A stretch of DNA of 64,000 bases from Lytechinus pictus (taxonomy: Eukaryota), in NCBI RefSeq assembly GCF_037042905.1, contig NC_087260.1, forward strand, positions 24,738,001 to 24,802,000, written 5' to 3'. Below are positions 40,201 through 50,200 of the stretch, piece by piece (within the stretch, counting starts at the first letter, position 1; every line of letters starts with the position of its first letter). The notes under the pieces are model-generated. The model worked only from the letters and a program-made list of their open reading frames with translations. It was not told where the DNA came from and did no database searches. The position numbers and the translations under genes were made by a program.

Positions 40201-41696
40201 TGAGACTGCCCTTTTACGCGTGCAAAATGATCACTGGAATGGATCATGGAAAAGTTACAGGGTTGATCCTGCTCGATTTCAGTAGTGCATTCGATACAGT
40301 TGACCATGCCATACTGCTGGAGAGATTTCAGTCTATCGGCATTGGTGGACGGGCTCACCAGTGGTTGATGTCTTTCAAACAGATCACAGATGGTGTGTGT
40401 ACGTGGAGCTGTCTCGGGCAAAGTTCATCTTCTCTTCTCTGTGCCCCAGGGGTCGGTCCTTGGGCCACAACTCTTCAACAACTACACTCTTCCTCTTCAT
40501 GATATCATCAAAAGGCATAATCTCAATCACCATATGTATGTTGAAGACACGCAAATATTTTTTCGCGCTCTCCTACACAAGAGGAAGTTGATGCCTGGAT
40601 TTCTCGTGTTGAAGCCTGTTTAAGTAAAATTAGGAACTGGATGATGGAGAATTATTTAAAGCTTAATGATGATGACAAAACTCCGTTTCTTATGCTGGGT
40701 TCTAAGCTGCAACTCGCCAAGCTGACAATTCCAAATTTGCATATTGGTTCCTTATCGATTATTCTAGTGGATAAAGTTCGAAATCTAGGAGTAATTTTTT
40801 ACTCTAATATGACAATGGAATCGCAAGTATCATCGAGTGTTTAAACTTGCGATCTACAGTCTCCGCAATCTCCATATTGTTCGCAAATATCTCACTAAAA
40901 AAGCCGCTGAGCAGCTTGTTCGTGCATTTGTTACTTCTCGCGTTGAGTGTTGTAACTCTTTGTTGTACGGCATTCCCTTGTCTCAAGTAAAGAGGCTCCA
41001 ACTTGTTCAGAATGCCGCTGCACGTCTAGTTACCTATACGCGGAGGTCTTCCCATATCACAACAATCCTTAAGTCCCTTCATTGGCTTACTGTTCAACAT
41101 CGTCTCACCTATAAAATTCTTCTGATAGCATATCGTGCGCTGACCTTCTCCTCACCAGAATACATCTCATCTCTCCTTGATTTTCGCAAACCTGGTCGCT
41201 CTGGTCTTCGTTCTTCTAAGACTTCTCTCGATCTCTCTATTCCAAAAACCAGACTGTCCTGGGGAGATCGTGCATTTGCATCAGCAGCTCCCCGTCTATG
41301 GAAAAATCTTCCAACTAAATTAAAAGACTGTATATCAGTAGAACATTTCAAGGCCAGTTTGAAAACTTATCTAATGGCCAAATTGTAAGTTGTACCAGTA
41401 ATGAGTTAAGTTTATAGTAAGCGCCTTGAGCACCCCTAATAGGGTGGATATGTTTTGCGCATTATAAATTTCTTATTATTATTATTATTGATAATTTGTC
41501 TTAGATTGAGGAGGGATACAAGGCGGCTACCACGGGGTACTATTTCTTCGTAAGATGGCGCTCTGGAGGATTACACATTACTTGCTCAGAAAGCACCATG
41601 AATGGCCAGGCTAAGGTAATCTAACGAAAGAGTATTGAAAGTCGAATTGAACTCGATAATATCAACAAAACAGCAACAATACCAATAATAATGATG

Positions 41697-41747
<51 letters not shown>

Positions 41748-44700
41748 GTAATAACAATAAAAATAAACAGTTTGTATATCACCAATCATAATGCGTCTCT
41801 ATGCCCCTCCAAATGACTTGGATATTATTAACCCGGATTTAGTCTCCAGATTTTTACAACGCACAAGCATTTAATTGATTGATTCCTGCCAGGTACCCAT
41901 TTACCTCACTTGGGTTGAGTGCAGCACGAATGTGGATCTGCAGACCATTATAACTAATTAATTGGTGGACTTCAGTCATTCTTAGGAGTATATGGACTTC
42001 GGTCGTTCTCTACTTATTTGGAGGATGGATAGGACAGCCTCCCCGGGTGGAAGTCCTATACAAGGTGGGGATGGGGGGGGGGGGCACTCGAATTTGGAAA
42101 GGGTAGGGATGTGCGACATCAGAATCTGAAACCATACCCTTGGGAGCCGCAGTTACTGTGAAAACATGGGCTTAAAGACGAGATGGCCCTCTACAAAATA
42201 ATGATCATTTGTCATGATTACCAAAGTGCTTAGAATATCAAAATTTTAGGTCAGATCCAATAGGAAAATTTTCATCTATCGCGCTTCGCTCTTCCATCAA
42301 TAATATTGTTAAGATAGATATTCATCCTGTCAGTGGCGTAGCTAGGATTTTTTTTTCCTGGGTGGGGGGCACTGGGGGTCCTTGCTTTTTTCATGGGGGC
42401 AAGATTTTTTTCTGTGTGTGTATGTGTCACAAGAGCGGATCCGACTTTCGCCAATAGGGGGTGGGGCCTGACATTATCTTCACCTATATTTTCCCCGATC
42501 AGTCACTTCTTAGCTTTATTCTTATAAAACAACATTAATATGAAATAATCTCATAAGCCCTATATAAAAAGTGCGAGCGCAAAGCCCGAGCGATTTTTTT
42601 TTTATCTTACATGTATTTTGTCCTGAAAATTTAAAATTCTGGGCAATGTTTGTGATCCTGAACAAGATGCGTATGTAACTAAATAATTACTGCGAACGCC
42701 AAGCGCGAGCAGAATTTTTTAATAAATGTTCTGACATGATCGGAAAGAAACCTATAAATGACTGTTTACAGCTACTCACGAATACGGTACATATTTCAAA
42801 AATGGGAGCGCGAAAGCACGAGCTAAAACTTTTTGACATCCCGACCCAAAAAAAATTGACATTCTAAGCACTTTTTGTAATCATAAATGGGATAGGTATG
42901 TTACTAAGCAATTGATGCGAGCGCGAAGCGTGAGATTTTAGGCCTAAAAGCGGGACACTCTATTCATAGTTTCTACAAATTATGAATATATGGTTAATTG
43001 GGTATCATCGATAATGCGAGTGTGAAGCGCGAGCAGACAATTATTGATATTCTGATCTGAAACTGGATAATTTAAGTATATTTGAACAAAGAACATACAG
43101 GCTATCTCAAAGGTGCGTGCGCATGTTTTAGATTTAAACCTAGAATCTGGGCATTCTGAATACATTTTTTTAATCATGAAGATCACTAATGCAAGCGAGC
43201 TGAAAACATTTGATATTACGATCTGAAAAACACTATTTCAAGTAGTGTGTAGGAAAATTGTGAATTGGATGTGGATCACACCATGGACCTACTAGCTCCA
43301 TGATCACACTTAATGAATGATGCGAGCGCGAGCTGATATTTTTTTGCCTATTATTTCAACAAAGGACCGGGACATTTTGTCATCCTTATGAAAATGATGA
43401 CTATCTTCCTATTATCCATAAGCTTATCGATATTCCATTCTGAAAAGACCCAATTTACTTATTAGCAATTCATGAAAATTTTATTTTTTATTTGTTAATC
43501 TAATATGCGTAATGACAGCGTGGAAGTTGTTGTTTTTAAGGCTTGAAAACTAGACATCTTAAGCATTTTGTAATTATGAATACGCATTACAATGGTAAAA
43601 TATATTTCAAACAATTAATGCGTGCGCAAATCGCGAGCTGAATTTTTAAAATAAAATGTAATGAAAAGGCCTGGGTTTTTTGTTTGCCTCTAAACAGAAT
43701 TGATATACAGTACTCACCAATCAAAATGCGAGCGTGCAGCGGTAGCTTTAATCTTGATATTTTGAGAAATTTCAGGCGCCTATGGAATACACGAAGACAA
43801 TAGGAACTTGGCAAATCAAATAATGCGATCACGCAGCGTGAGCTTGAAATGTTGATATGTAGACCATATTAACGGACATTTTACAGAGTGCATTTAATTT
43901 GTAAATGGATAAAAAAAATAATGAAGGCTCGATGTCCGAGCTGAAATATGTTTTGTATATTGACTTCAAAACTTGATATTTAAAGCTCCATATCTGCCTA
44001 TTGAGCAAGATACGAATCTCATCGAACATGAACTTCGAGCGCGAAGCGCGAGCGAAAATTTTATTTAGTAACATTTTTTGTTGTTGCAAGACTTCCCCCA
44101 ACATTATTTTATTCGCTCGTCTTCCTCCTCTTATTTCCCTCTTTTTTCATTATGTCTTTCCCCTTCTTTCTCTTTTTCTTTTCTTTTCTTCTTTCTCCCT
44201 TTTTGCTTCGCCAATTTTTTTTTAGAGGGAGGGGGGGCAGCTGGGGGGCACACCAAATCTCAGGGGGCACGTGCCCCCCCCCCGAAGCTACGCCACTGCA
44301 TCCTGTTCATGGTCACAAAAAGTGCTTATATAGAATGTCCAGTTTTTGGTCGAAATATCAAAATTGTTTAGCTCACACTTTAATCGTGCTTGCATTGAAT
44401 GATTAGTTAGACGCCCATCCTGTTCATGAATTGATTACCAATAATGCTCATAATTTCCGAATTTCGGTCAAAATATAAAAAAAAAATTCAGCTCGTGGTT
44501 CTTGCTCGCATCAATATTGTTTAGATAGATACCAATCCAGCTCATGCTTAAAAAAAAAACTGCTCCGAATGTTCAGTTTTCGGGTTTAAGTACATACCCT
44601 AAAATATCTCTCGCTTCGTATTCGCATTATTTTATTTGGGCGCGTCGTGGTATAGTGGTTCTGACTCTCGCCTTTCAAACAGATGATCGTGGGTTCGAAT

Positions 44701-46910
44701 CCTAGTCATGTTGTGTTTTCCTTCAGGGAGAAATTTATCAACACTGTGCTGCACTCGACCCAGGTGAGACAAATGGGTACCGGAAGCAACTAATTCCTCA
44801 AAAAGCTGTGCGCACCAGAATCGGTAGACTAGCTTAGCCGGGGTAATATAGAAGCGCCTTGAGCACCTAGCAAGGTGGATACGTGCGCTATACAAATCCT
44901 ATATTATTTATCATTATTTATTTGGACTTGTGAAATAAATCTTCTTGAACTTACTTGTATGAATAAATCTTAGATGTAAATAAACTCGTTAGTGTTTAAT
45001 AAGGACTAAACCTTGAAAAACAACAAAAATCAGCATTTAACTCCCGATTGAGAAATTATGGATGAAAATATCCCCCCCCCCTACTCTGCTGAGATGTTAA
45101 ACTGAATTGAAAGTTCAAAGTGCTTAAAATTCTATGCTTTCTGGTCGCATTTATTCTTTTAAAATGTGGTATTACATCATATTCATAGATATATTTTTGT
45201 CTAGCATGCATAGCAGGCCGAGACTATAGGCGCCGCTTTTCCGACGGTGGCGGCGTAGACAGCAACATTGAAATCTTAACCTATAAGGTTAAGTTATTGA
45301 AATGACATCATTTACCGAAAAGAGTATACAGACCTAGTTCATGAAACTTGGACAAAAGTTTCAAGTCACATGACGACGGTCAAGTCAAATGTCATTTAGG
45401 GTCTCTGAACTAGACCATGATGGGGGAATCAACATCGAATCTTCACCGAAGGTTAAATTTTTGAAATGAAACCATAACTTAGCAAATATAAAAACCTAGT
45501 TCATGAAACTTGGGCAATATGGTACCCAAGTATCACTAAACATCTTTTTTGAGTTTCAGGTCACATGTCGAAAGTCAAAGGTCATTTAGGGTCAATGAAC
45601 TTTTACAATCTTGTGGGTATTTTTTGAATTTCCATCGTTACTCTGAAAGTTTTTAGAGCTAGTTCATAATACTCAGACAGAAGAGTTATCAAGTATCACT
45701 GAACATCCTGTGCGATTTCTAGGTCACTTGACAGGTTAAAGGTGATATAGGTACAATAAACTTTGACCATGTTGGGGGTATTTGTTGAATTACCATCACA
45801 ACTTTGAATGTTTATGGAGCAAGTCATAAAATTTGGACGTAAGAGTAATCAAGTATTACTGAACATCCTGTGCGAATCTCAGGTCACAGAAACAAGTCCA
45901 AGGTCAATGAACTTTGGCTATGTTGGGGTATTTGTTGAATTACCATCGTTACTTTGAAAGTGTATAGAGCTAGTTCATAAAACTTGGACATAAGAATGAT
46001 CGCGTATCACTTAAGATCCCGTTCCAGGTCACACGGCCAAGGTCAAATGTCATTTAAGGTCGATGAACTTTATCTGTGTTGGGGGAAAATTGTTGAATTG
46101 CCATCATAACTTTGAAAGTTTATTAATATAGTTCATGAAATGTGGACATAGGGGTAATCAAGTACCATTGCTCATCTCGCACAAATCTTGGGTCACTTGA
46201 TCAAGATCAAATGTCATTTAGGATCAATGAACGTCCAGAGGCGCTCCACTTGTTTTATCAACACATATTAAAAAAGTTGTCTTCAATTGCCCTTTTTTGT
46301 GATTATGAAATAAGATAAATCATCATGCATCTAAAGCACCTTTTTGCCTGACGGGGAGGGGGTGGGCGCCATTTTTCGAAAAGTACACAGGGAAGCCAAA
46401 TTAGGTCGGGGCCCCTGGTGCAAAATGCTTGATTATGGATACATGCCTGCTTATGATCAAGGTCAAATGTCATTTAGGGTCAATGAATATAATATTTTAT
46501 TACTATATGAATGTTGTTTTTTGTGAATGATTCTATAGTTTTCAAAAAGTCAGCACTGCTATATTTAATCGCGTAAAGCATGCGAGACTGCCAGAGGCGC
46601 TCCACTTTTTTATTCTTGCATTTGATTTTTGCATTTAAAGAGGGTGGCAAATTGTGAATTTCCTAATTCGTAGTTATTAGTAACACCTCCAAATTCCAGA
46701 TATTTTCTACACAGAATCAATATGTTTTATTAGGTAATTTTTTTTTTCTTTCATTCCAGACCATAGATGAAAGTAAGATTACCCATCTACCTGAGAACAA
46801 AGTGTCGTTCATTGTTGATACTCGAAACTCTGAAGGTGCTGACATGATATTACAGTTCATCATAGAACAGTGCACAATAGAGGAGATCTTAGTGAAAATG
46901 TGCCTGCAAG
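4093..46910 (+). CDS. Partial multi-exon gene: ankyrin repeat-ZU5-UPA-death domain-ZU5-UPA protein (UNC5CL/PIDD/ankyrin-like domain set); both ends outside the recognised region
   Basis: About 18 exons assembled by hand with AG acceptors and GT (one GC) donors. Reading phases match at every junction except 27453-29681. Recognisable ankyrin, ZU5 and death-domain motifs. Confidence 0.8.
4808..5020 (+). CDS. Exon, ankyrin repeats
   Basis: DREGFTPLHIAIETGLTSIVEELISLGADLNQASNDGKTPLHTAI; AACAG acceptor, CAG|GTATAG donor; 71 codons. Confidence 0.9.
5437..5591 (+). CDS. Exon, terminal ankyrin-like repeat
   Basis: IQQESDD...LIQLLVNQGSKKGIKDKGGYFPVQYAKD; AG|GTGAG donor, phase 2 exit. Confidence 0.8.
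6169..6200 (+). CDS. 32-nt micro-exon with GC donor
   Basis: Pyrimidine tract then CCAG acceptor; encodes SSEEDFDTPR; G|GCAAGT donor; phases 2 and 1 bridge the flanking exons. Confidence 0.65.
6459..6794 (+). CDS. Exon, ZU5 domain 1
   Basis: IGNEGGILYLDSCDVTMAILPGPL...ITLCLPHAA; CAG|GTGAG donor. Confidence 0.85.
7050..7165 (+). mobile_element. SINE 3' fragment with (ATT)n tail
   Basis: GAGCGCCTTGAGCACCTAACAAGGTGGATATGTGCGC then (ATT)n; same end as the SINEs at 44638 and 47050. Confidence 0.75.
8363..8654 (+). mobile_element. tRNA-derived SINE
   Basis: A-box TGGTCTAGTGG, B-box-like GGTACGAATCC, conserved GCACTCGACCCAGGTG core, ATC/ATT tail. Confidence 0.85.
8660..9692 (+). mobile_element. 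Decayed RTE-clade LINE, 3' part
   Basis: TVLIREMLY, CLGCILHIKWQDR and SQRCLKWLGQVRRM motifs typical of RTE RT/C-terminus; many frameshifts. Confidence 0.65.
10316..10900. repeat. Tandem duplication, 2 copies of about 293 bp
   Basis: GACATGAAGATG...TCGACTAAAAG occurs starting near 10316 and again near 10609, near-identical. Confidence 0.85.
10967..11300 (-). mobile_element. LINE fragment (CR1 group, post-endonuclease region)
   Basis: SNHNCVLW...FGSWLIDHSWEDVY...HINDKP resembles the APE-RT linker. Confidence 0.5.
11522..11772 (+). CDS. Exon, end of ZU5-1 / UPA-like domain 1
   Basis: TACAG acceptor phase 1; ...KLMACTPFLP...LRMYIHEDIPYIAE; GAG|GTAAAC donor. Confidence 0.8.
12137..12960. repeat. 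AT-rich 31-bp minisatellite with an 18-bp palindromic core; mirrored at about 20585-21330
   Basis: Unit CATTATTTATAAATAATGATTATTTGTTTTT, period 31 (12168, 12199, ...). Confidence 0.9.
14213..16698. mobile_element. hAT-like non-autonomous element inserted in the left arm
   Basis: TIR CAGTGTTGTAGTG / CACTACAACACTG; subterminal GGCCTTG repeats; absent from the right arm; no clean 8-bp TSD. Confidence 0.75.
16905..17214. mobile_element. hAT-type MITE at the palindrome centre; truncated inverted copy at about 17273-17489
   Basis: CACTAGTGTACC...GGTACACCAGTG; same family as the MITEs at 2861 and 21581. Confidence 0.7.
18026..18722. repeat. About 700-bp local palindrome inside the right arm
   Basis: GGCCGGGGCCGGAGCATGACG...CGTCATGCTCCGGCCCCGGCC, centre near 18378-18386. 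Confidence 0.85.
19323..20257 (+). mobile_element. AcademH-like internally deleted DNA transposon
   Basis: About 40-bp TIR TAGCCTCTTGTCGAGGCCCTG.. / ..CAGGGCCTCGACAAGAGGCTA; 9-bp TSD GGGACCAAC; empty site visible in the left arm near 13275-13290. Confidence 0.85.
19561..19760 (+). pseudogene. RecQ-type SF2 helicase N-terminal fragment (motif 0 and Walker A)
   Basis: ATG at 19561 gives 59 aa ...FKDLQVDEINSALKGRDVFVNLPTGYGK then a stop; a 1-nt shift continues VIFHAIP. Confidence 0.8.
21581..21864. mobile_element. hAT-type MITE
   Basis: CAGTGGCGTACC / GGTTCGCTAGTG; 8-bp TSD TCAGTGAT. Confidence 0.85.
22401..22514 (+). CDS. Exon, UPA-like domain 1
   Basis: KIKEEEGHLLNRQVHPRRCFALEPESSDLQIECNGRKM; 38 codons, phase 0/0, GTAATT donor. 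Confidence 0.7.
22888..23362. repeat. Inverted minisatellite / MITE of TTCCGAAGGTTCG units
   Basis: Tandem TTCCGAAGGTTCG units switch to CGAACCTTCGGAA after about 23090. Confidence 0.75.
23363..23620 (-). mobile_element. L1/Tx1 C-terminal zinc-knuckle fragment
   Basis: C.FCEADETFVHIMLECNPVANFW motif. Confidence 0.6.
24110..24269 (+). CDS. Exon, UPA-like domain 1, C-terminal part
   Basis: TTCCAG acceptor; IISAKELFNRQETLVSMPITT...; phase 0 in, phase 1 out. Confidence 0.7.
24443..24567. mobile_element. 125-bp palindromic hAT-type MITE
   Basis: CAGTAGCGGACTGTGA / TCACGGTCTGCCACTG; 8-bp TSD ACTCTCGT. Confidence 0.85.
24746..24809 (+). CDS. Linker exon
   Basis: TTTAG acceptor, CAG|GTAAAA donor; phases 1 and 2 fit the neighbours. 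Confidence 0.7.
25841..26145 (+). CDS. Exon, death domain
   Basis: YYHLGIALGLSYETLDSIQ...AAIIMIRYWKH...HLREVW; GCAG acceptor, TAG|GTAGG donor. Confidence 0.8.
27046..27143 (+). CDS. Linker exon
   Basis: Phase 1 entry (D)ENVGSTVEE...; GAG|GTGAGT donor. Confidence 0.65.
27363..27453 (+). CDS. Possible linker exon
   Basis: CACAG acceptor, GTGAGT donor, open in phase 0; exit phase does not match the exon at 29681, so an exon may be missing. Confidence 0.45.
28273..28626 (-). mobile_element. tRNA-derived SINE
   Basis: Minus strand TGGTGTAGCGG (A box), GTTCGAATCCC (B box), CCACCCAGGTG..AAATGGGTACC core, (ATT)n tail. Confidence 0.85.
29681..29784 (+). CDS. Ser/Arg-rich linker exon
   Basis: IPANPSILETRGPWEGRFQSRRSRTPSIRSDSLS; CAG|GTAG donor. 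Confidence 0.6.
30000..30046 (+). CDS. Small linker exon
   Basis: TTTAG acceptor, GTAAGT donor; phases 2/1 consistent. Confidence 0.65.
30313..30385 (+). CDS. Small linker exon
   Basis: TTTCAG acceptor, AAG|GTATT donor; phases 1/2 consistent. Confidence 0.65.
30987..31030 (+). CDS. Small linker exon
   Basis: TTTCAG acceptor, AAG|GTAGA donor; phases 2/1 consistent. Confidence 0.65.
31431..31913 (+). CDS. Exon, ZU5 domain 2
   Basis: GIIRLEEYGIEVHVPSG...GLKMSPSDASFERPVKVTMPHC; tandem AAGCAG acceptor (31431 or 31434); G|GTAAG donor. Confidence 0.9.
32755..33110 (+). mobile_element. CR1/Crack-like RT fragment
   Basis: DTNILLSH...NLELKNVSSWFKCKKLSV and IAIFMYK...LP..F motifs. Confidence 0.5.
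33115..33530 (+). repeat. Helentron/HINE-like repeat with CATGAAACTTGG and CAAGGTCAAAGGTCA units
   Basis: Same unit as 45199-46606. Confidence 0.6.
33673..33911 (+). CDS. Exon, end of ZU5-2 with HFS motif / UPA-like domain 2
   Basis: DLDIYLNHFSEFWIV...GKRVICTPYIP...LRLHVRDE parallels exon 11522; AAG|GTAGG donor. Confidence 0.85.
34050..34990 (+). repeat. Diverged tandem repeat with GGGGTCAAAGGTCA units (Helentron-like)
   Basis: Starts TTTTTTGTCTCGC; recurrent TGCTCTCATTTC...GCATCAAT...GGTCAAAGGTCATC units. Confidence 0.55.
35090..36285 (+). mobile_element. Decayed LINE (CR1/Jockey group), with a SINE-head fragment at about 35493-35555
   Basis: KA.VLNCQFESVFT, KAPGPDGI and LVRPKLEYCASVWDPY...LEAVQRRAARFV; GAAGAAGAC tail. 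Confidence 0.7.
38615..41490 (+). mobile_element. L2-clade LINE ORF2 (APE endonuclease + RT), degenerate, with 3' tail
   Basis: LNARSV, GDFN and SDH (APE); LLDFSSAFDTVDH and VPQGSVLGP (RT); SLHWL...GDRAFASAAPRLWKNLP (L2 C-terminus); stops and frameshifts; (ATT)n tail. Confidence 0.9.
41676..41935 (-). mobile_element. 5'-truncated SINE with long (ATT)n tail
   Basis: Reverse complement of the GCTGCACTCAACCCAAGTGAGGTAAATGGGTACC core; (AAT)n at about 41680-41760. Confidence 0.65.
42331..44298. mobile_element. hAT-type non-autonomous element with GCGAAGC-motif repeats
   Basis: TIR CAGTGGCGTAGCT / AGCTACGCCACTG; 8-bp TSD CATCCTGT. Confidence 0.9.
44638..44921 (+). mobile_element. Full-length tRNA-derived SINE with L2-like tail
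   Basis: TGGTATAGTGG A box, GGTTCGAATCC B box, 3' AGCGCCTTGAGCACCTAGCAAGGTGGATA. Confidence 0.9.
45199..46606 (+). mobile_element. Helentron-associated (HINE-like) element with tandem array
   Basis: Flanked by T runs; GTCTAGCATGC at start and GCATGCGAGAC near end; tandem units of about 140 bp with CATGAAACTTGG and GGTCAAAGGTCA. Confidence 0.6.
46760..46910 (+). CDS. Exon, probable C-terminal part of UPA-like domain 2
   Basis: Strong pyrimidine tract + CCAG; open 50 codons TIDESKITHLPENKVSFIV...; AAG|GTAAAA donor. Confidence 0.65.
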
Positions 46911-47049
46911 GTAAAAAAAAAACTAAATAATTTGTTATTTAATTAATCTTACTGTTTGATAGCGGATACTGATAAGACATTATTTTATTCTAAAACTTCA
47001 CAGTTTGTAGTTATTCATGTAGTTATTAATCAGCACATGATTTATAATA

Positions 47050-47256
47050 TTTTTTCCTTCAGCAAGAAACTGATCCACAATGTGCTGCACTCAACCCAGG
47101 TGAGGTAAATGGGTACCGATAGGAAGTAATTCCTTTAAAAAAATGTGTGTGCTATGAACGCCTAGCTTAGCCGGGTAATATAGGAGCGCTTTGAGGACCT
47201 AACAAGGTGGATATGTGCGCAATATAATACCCGATATTATTATTATTATTATTATT
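47050..47256 (+). mobile_element. 5'-truncated SINE whose (ATT)n tail abuts the retrotransposon stack
   Basis: Same core and 3' end as the SINE at 44638. Confidence 0.85.
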
Positions 47257-50200
47257 TCCATTGTCCACAACTTGATGTTCTGTTAGTATATTAAACAGCA
47301 ACCGGACTTCTTCCAGAAATCTAGGGTTATTGTTCTATATTCTATCAAATGGGTCCTCTTCTCATTGTCACTTCTCTTTCTAATTCAAGACCTTCCGTAA
47401 GATATGAGCTGTTCCAAGCAAGCTTGCCTTCTGTATCGTTTCAAAGGACACCTCGACTCCTAGAACAGCCAGAAAGCTTATGTGTCTTGTTGTCACTGTT
47501 CCTAGGGCTCCGATGACTATTGGTACCACCTTCGTCTTCACCTTCCATTTCCTTCTCAGCTCCCATGCCAGATCGTTATACTTCTGTATCTTTTCCTCCT
47601 CTTTACGCCAAGCTCTGCAGTCTCCCGGAATCGCAATATCTATGATGATACATTCCTTATCCTTCTTCTTCAAGAGAACGATGTCTGGTCGTCTAGCTTC
47701 AATGACCTTGTCTGTCTGGATATTAAAATCCCATAAAAGTTTTACATCGTCGTTCTCTACTACAGGCTCTGCCCGATGTTCGTACCATTTTTCCGCATGG
47801 GGTAAGTGGTACTTCTTGGCCAGACCCCAATGAACTGCAGCTGCTACTCAGTCGTGCCTTCCTTTGTACTCAGTCTGTGCCATTTTGCTGCATTCACTCA
47901 CCAGATGAGACACCGTTTCGTCTTTGTCATGACACATTCTACATGAGGGAGATGTATGCTCCTTTTCAACTTTGGCTCTTCGGTAATTTGTTCTAATTGC
48001 TTGGTCCTGAGCAGCAACTAGCATACTTTCCGTCTCCTTCTTTAAACTTCCTCGTTTCAGCCACTGCCAACTCTCTGGTCCAGCAAACTCCTCTGTCTGT
48101 CTTTGACTGCCGTCATGATGGTATCCATCTGGCCTTCAATATAGCAGTATAGGCTTTGTTCCTCATATCTTACAGTCTCCTCTATTCCAGCCAGACCACG
48201 TCCTCCCTTCTCTCTTGACACATAAAGTCTATCTACATCAGACTTTGGGTGAAACATCCCATGCATAGTTGGCAACTTCCTTGTCTTCCTGTCCAGGGTT
48301 TCGAGTTCAAGCTTGATCCATTTAACTATGCCAGCAGCATATCTCACTAGGGCTACTGCCCAAGTGTTAACAGCCTTCACCATGTTTCCAGCATTTAGTT
48401 TGGATTTGAGCACCTGTCGAATTCTCCTGATATACTCTGTCTCAATCTTCTTCTTCATTTCTTGATGTTTCAACTGATCTGCCTCTAATATTCCGAGATA
48501 TTTATAGCTACCACCGTCTTCGATTGATCTGATCTCTTCTCCGTTCAGCATCTGGAAGTTGTTGTCATTGGCTGGCTTACTTCTCATGAGAGTAATCATT
48601 GCACATTTATCCAACCCAAACTGCATACCGATGTCTTCGCTGAAGATCCGCACAGTGTTGATGAGAGACTCCAAGTCACTTCGTGTCTTACCAAACAGCT
48701 TCAAATCGTCCATGTATAATAGATGGTTGATTTTTGCCTTGCTCTTGAACTCATATCCTAGCCTGGATCTTCCGAGTACCTTAGTTAGTGGTGTCATTGC
48801 TATCACAAACAGCAATGGAGATAGACTATCTCCCTGAAAGATTCATCTCTTGATACCAACCTCTCCAAGTACTTCACCATTACTTTCCAACTTAGTTCTC
48901 CATCTCGTCATACTTGTAATGAGGAACCTTCTGATATTGTCTGCTACCCCTAACATTTCCATAGACTCGATGATCCAAGAGTGCGGAACCATGTCGTATG
49001 CTTTCTTGTAGTCAATTCATGCCATTGCGAGGTTCGTTTTTTCTTTTCTTGCTGTCTTTCATAATTCCTTTGTCGATGCATAGTTGTTCTTTTGTTCCTC
49101 TACTTCCTTTTCTACATCCCTTCTGTTCCCATGGTAGTATGTCTTGATGGTCCAGGTGTTGATATATTTCTTCTGATATTAGGCCAGTCAGTAACTTCCA
49201 GAGAATCGGCAAGCAGGTAATTGGACGGTAGTTTGACGGAATGTTGCCTTTGGTAGGATCCTTTGGGATGAGAACCGTTCTTCCTTTTGTCATCCAATCA
49301 GGGGGGTTACCATTCATGACAATCTCGTTCATCTGCATGCTCAGCCTTTCATGAAGATTTGTGAACCTTTTAACCCAGAAAGCTTGCACACCGTCTGGAC
49401 CGGCAGCTTTCCATGGCGCCATTTTCCGAATGATCTTTTCTAGCTTGCTTTTGTTGATCGTCAGATCATCCTGTGCAACTATAGTTGCACATTCCTCTTT
49501 CGTTGTTTTCAACCACATAGCTTCTTGGTTGTGATTGTGTGGTTGGCTCCAAATGTTGCTCCAGAAGGCAAGTGCTGCAGCTGGATCTGGTGGTGGAACT
49601 TCGTCTTTAATCTTTCCATTTATTTCTTGGTAGAACCTCTTCTGGTTGTTCTCAAACAAGGAATTCTGTCTATACTGTGACACTCGATCGGTGTACCTCT
49701 TTACTTTTGCTGTAGTGCTTGCTATTCTTTGTTTTAGTTCCTCCACGACGATCTTCCTTCCTTTCCTTCTAATACTGTACTTCTCCTCAAGGTACTTAAA
49801 ATCATTGATATCTGCTTTGCCAAGGTTTATCTCTGTCAGTCTTGATAGGTCTGTCCTCCATCCCTTTATCTGATTATCAAGTCTCCTTTTCCATGGTGGT
49901 AGGCAGTGCTTCCTTGTGTTCTCCTGTTTTCTTACACCTAAGCTCTCTGTTACCAGAACTGCTCCAGCATATATGAGATTATTGGTATCCTCAATACTGT
50001 CTGAGCTGATAAACTTCATAACATCGTTGACTTTCTGAGTTTCTATCAGCAGTTTCTCTCTTGGTATTCTCTTCAGATTAGGAGGGGTGGGGCGCTATCC
50101 TTGTGTTAACCCCTCTTTTATCTCCAATAATATCATCTTTATCTCTTCTTGCTCTTCATCCAATCTGTTAGTGGTTGGATCCAATTCTGTTTGAAATTGA

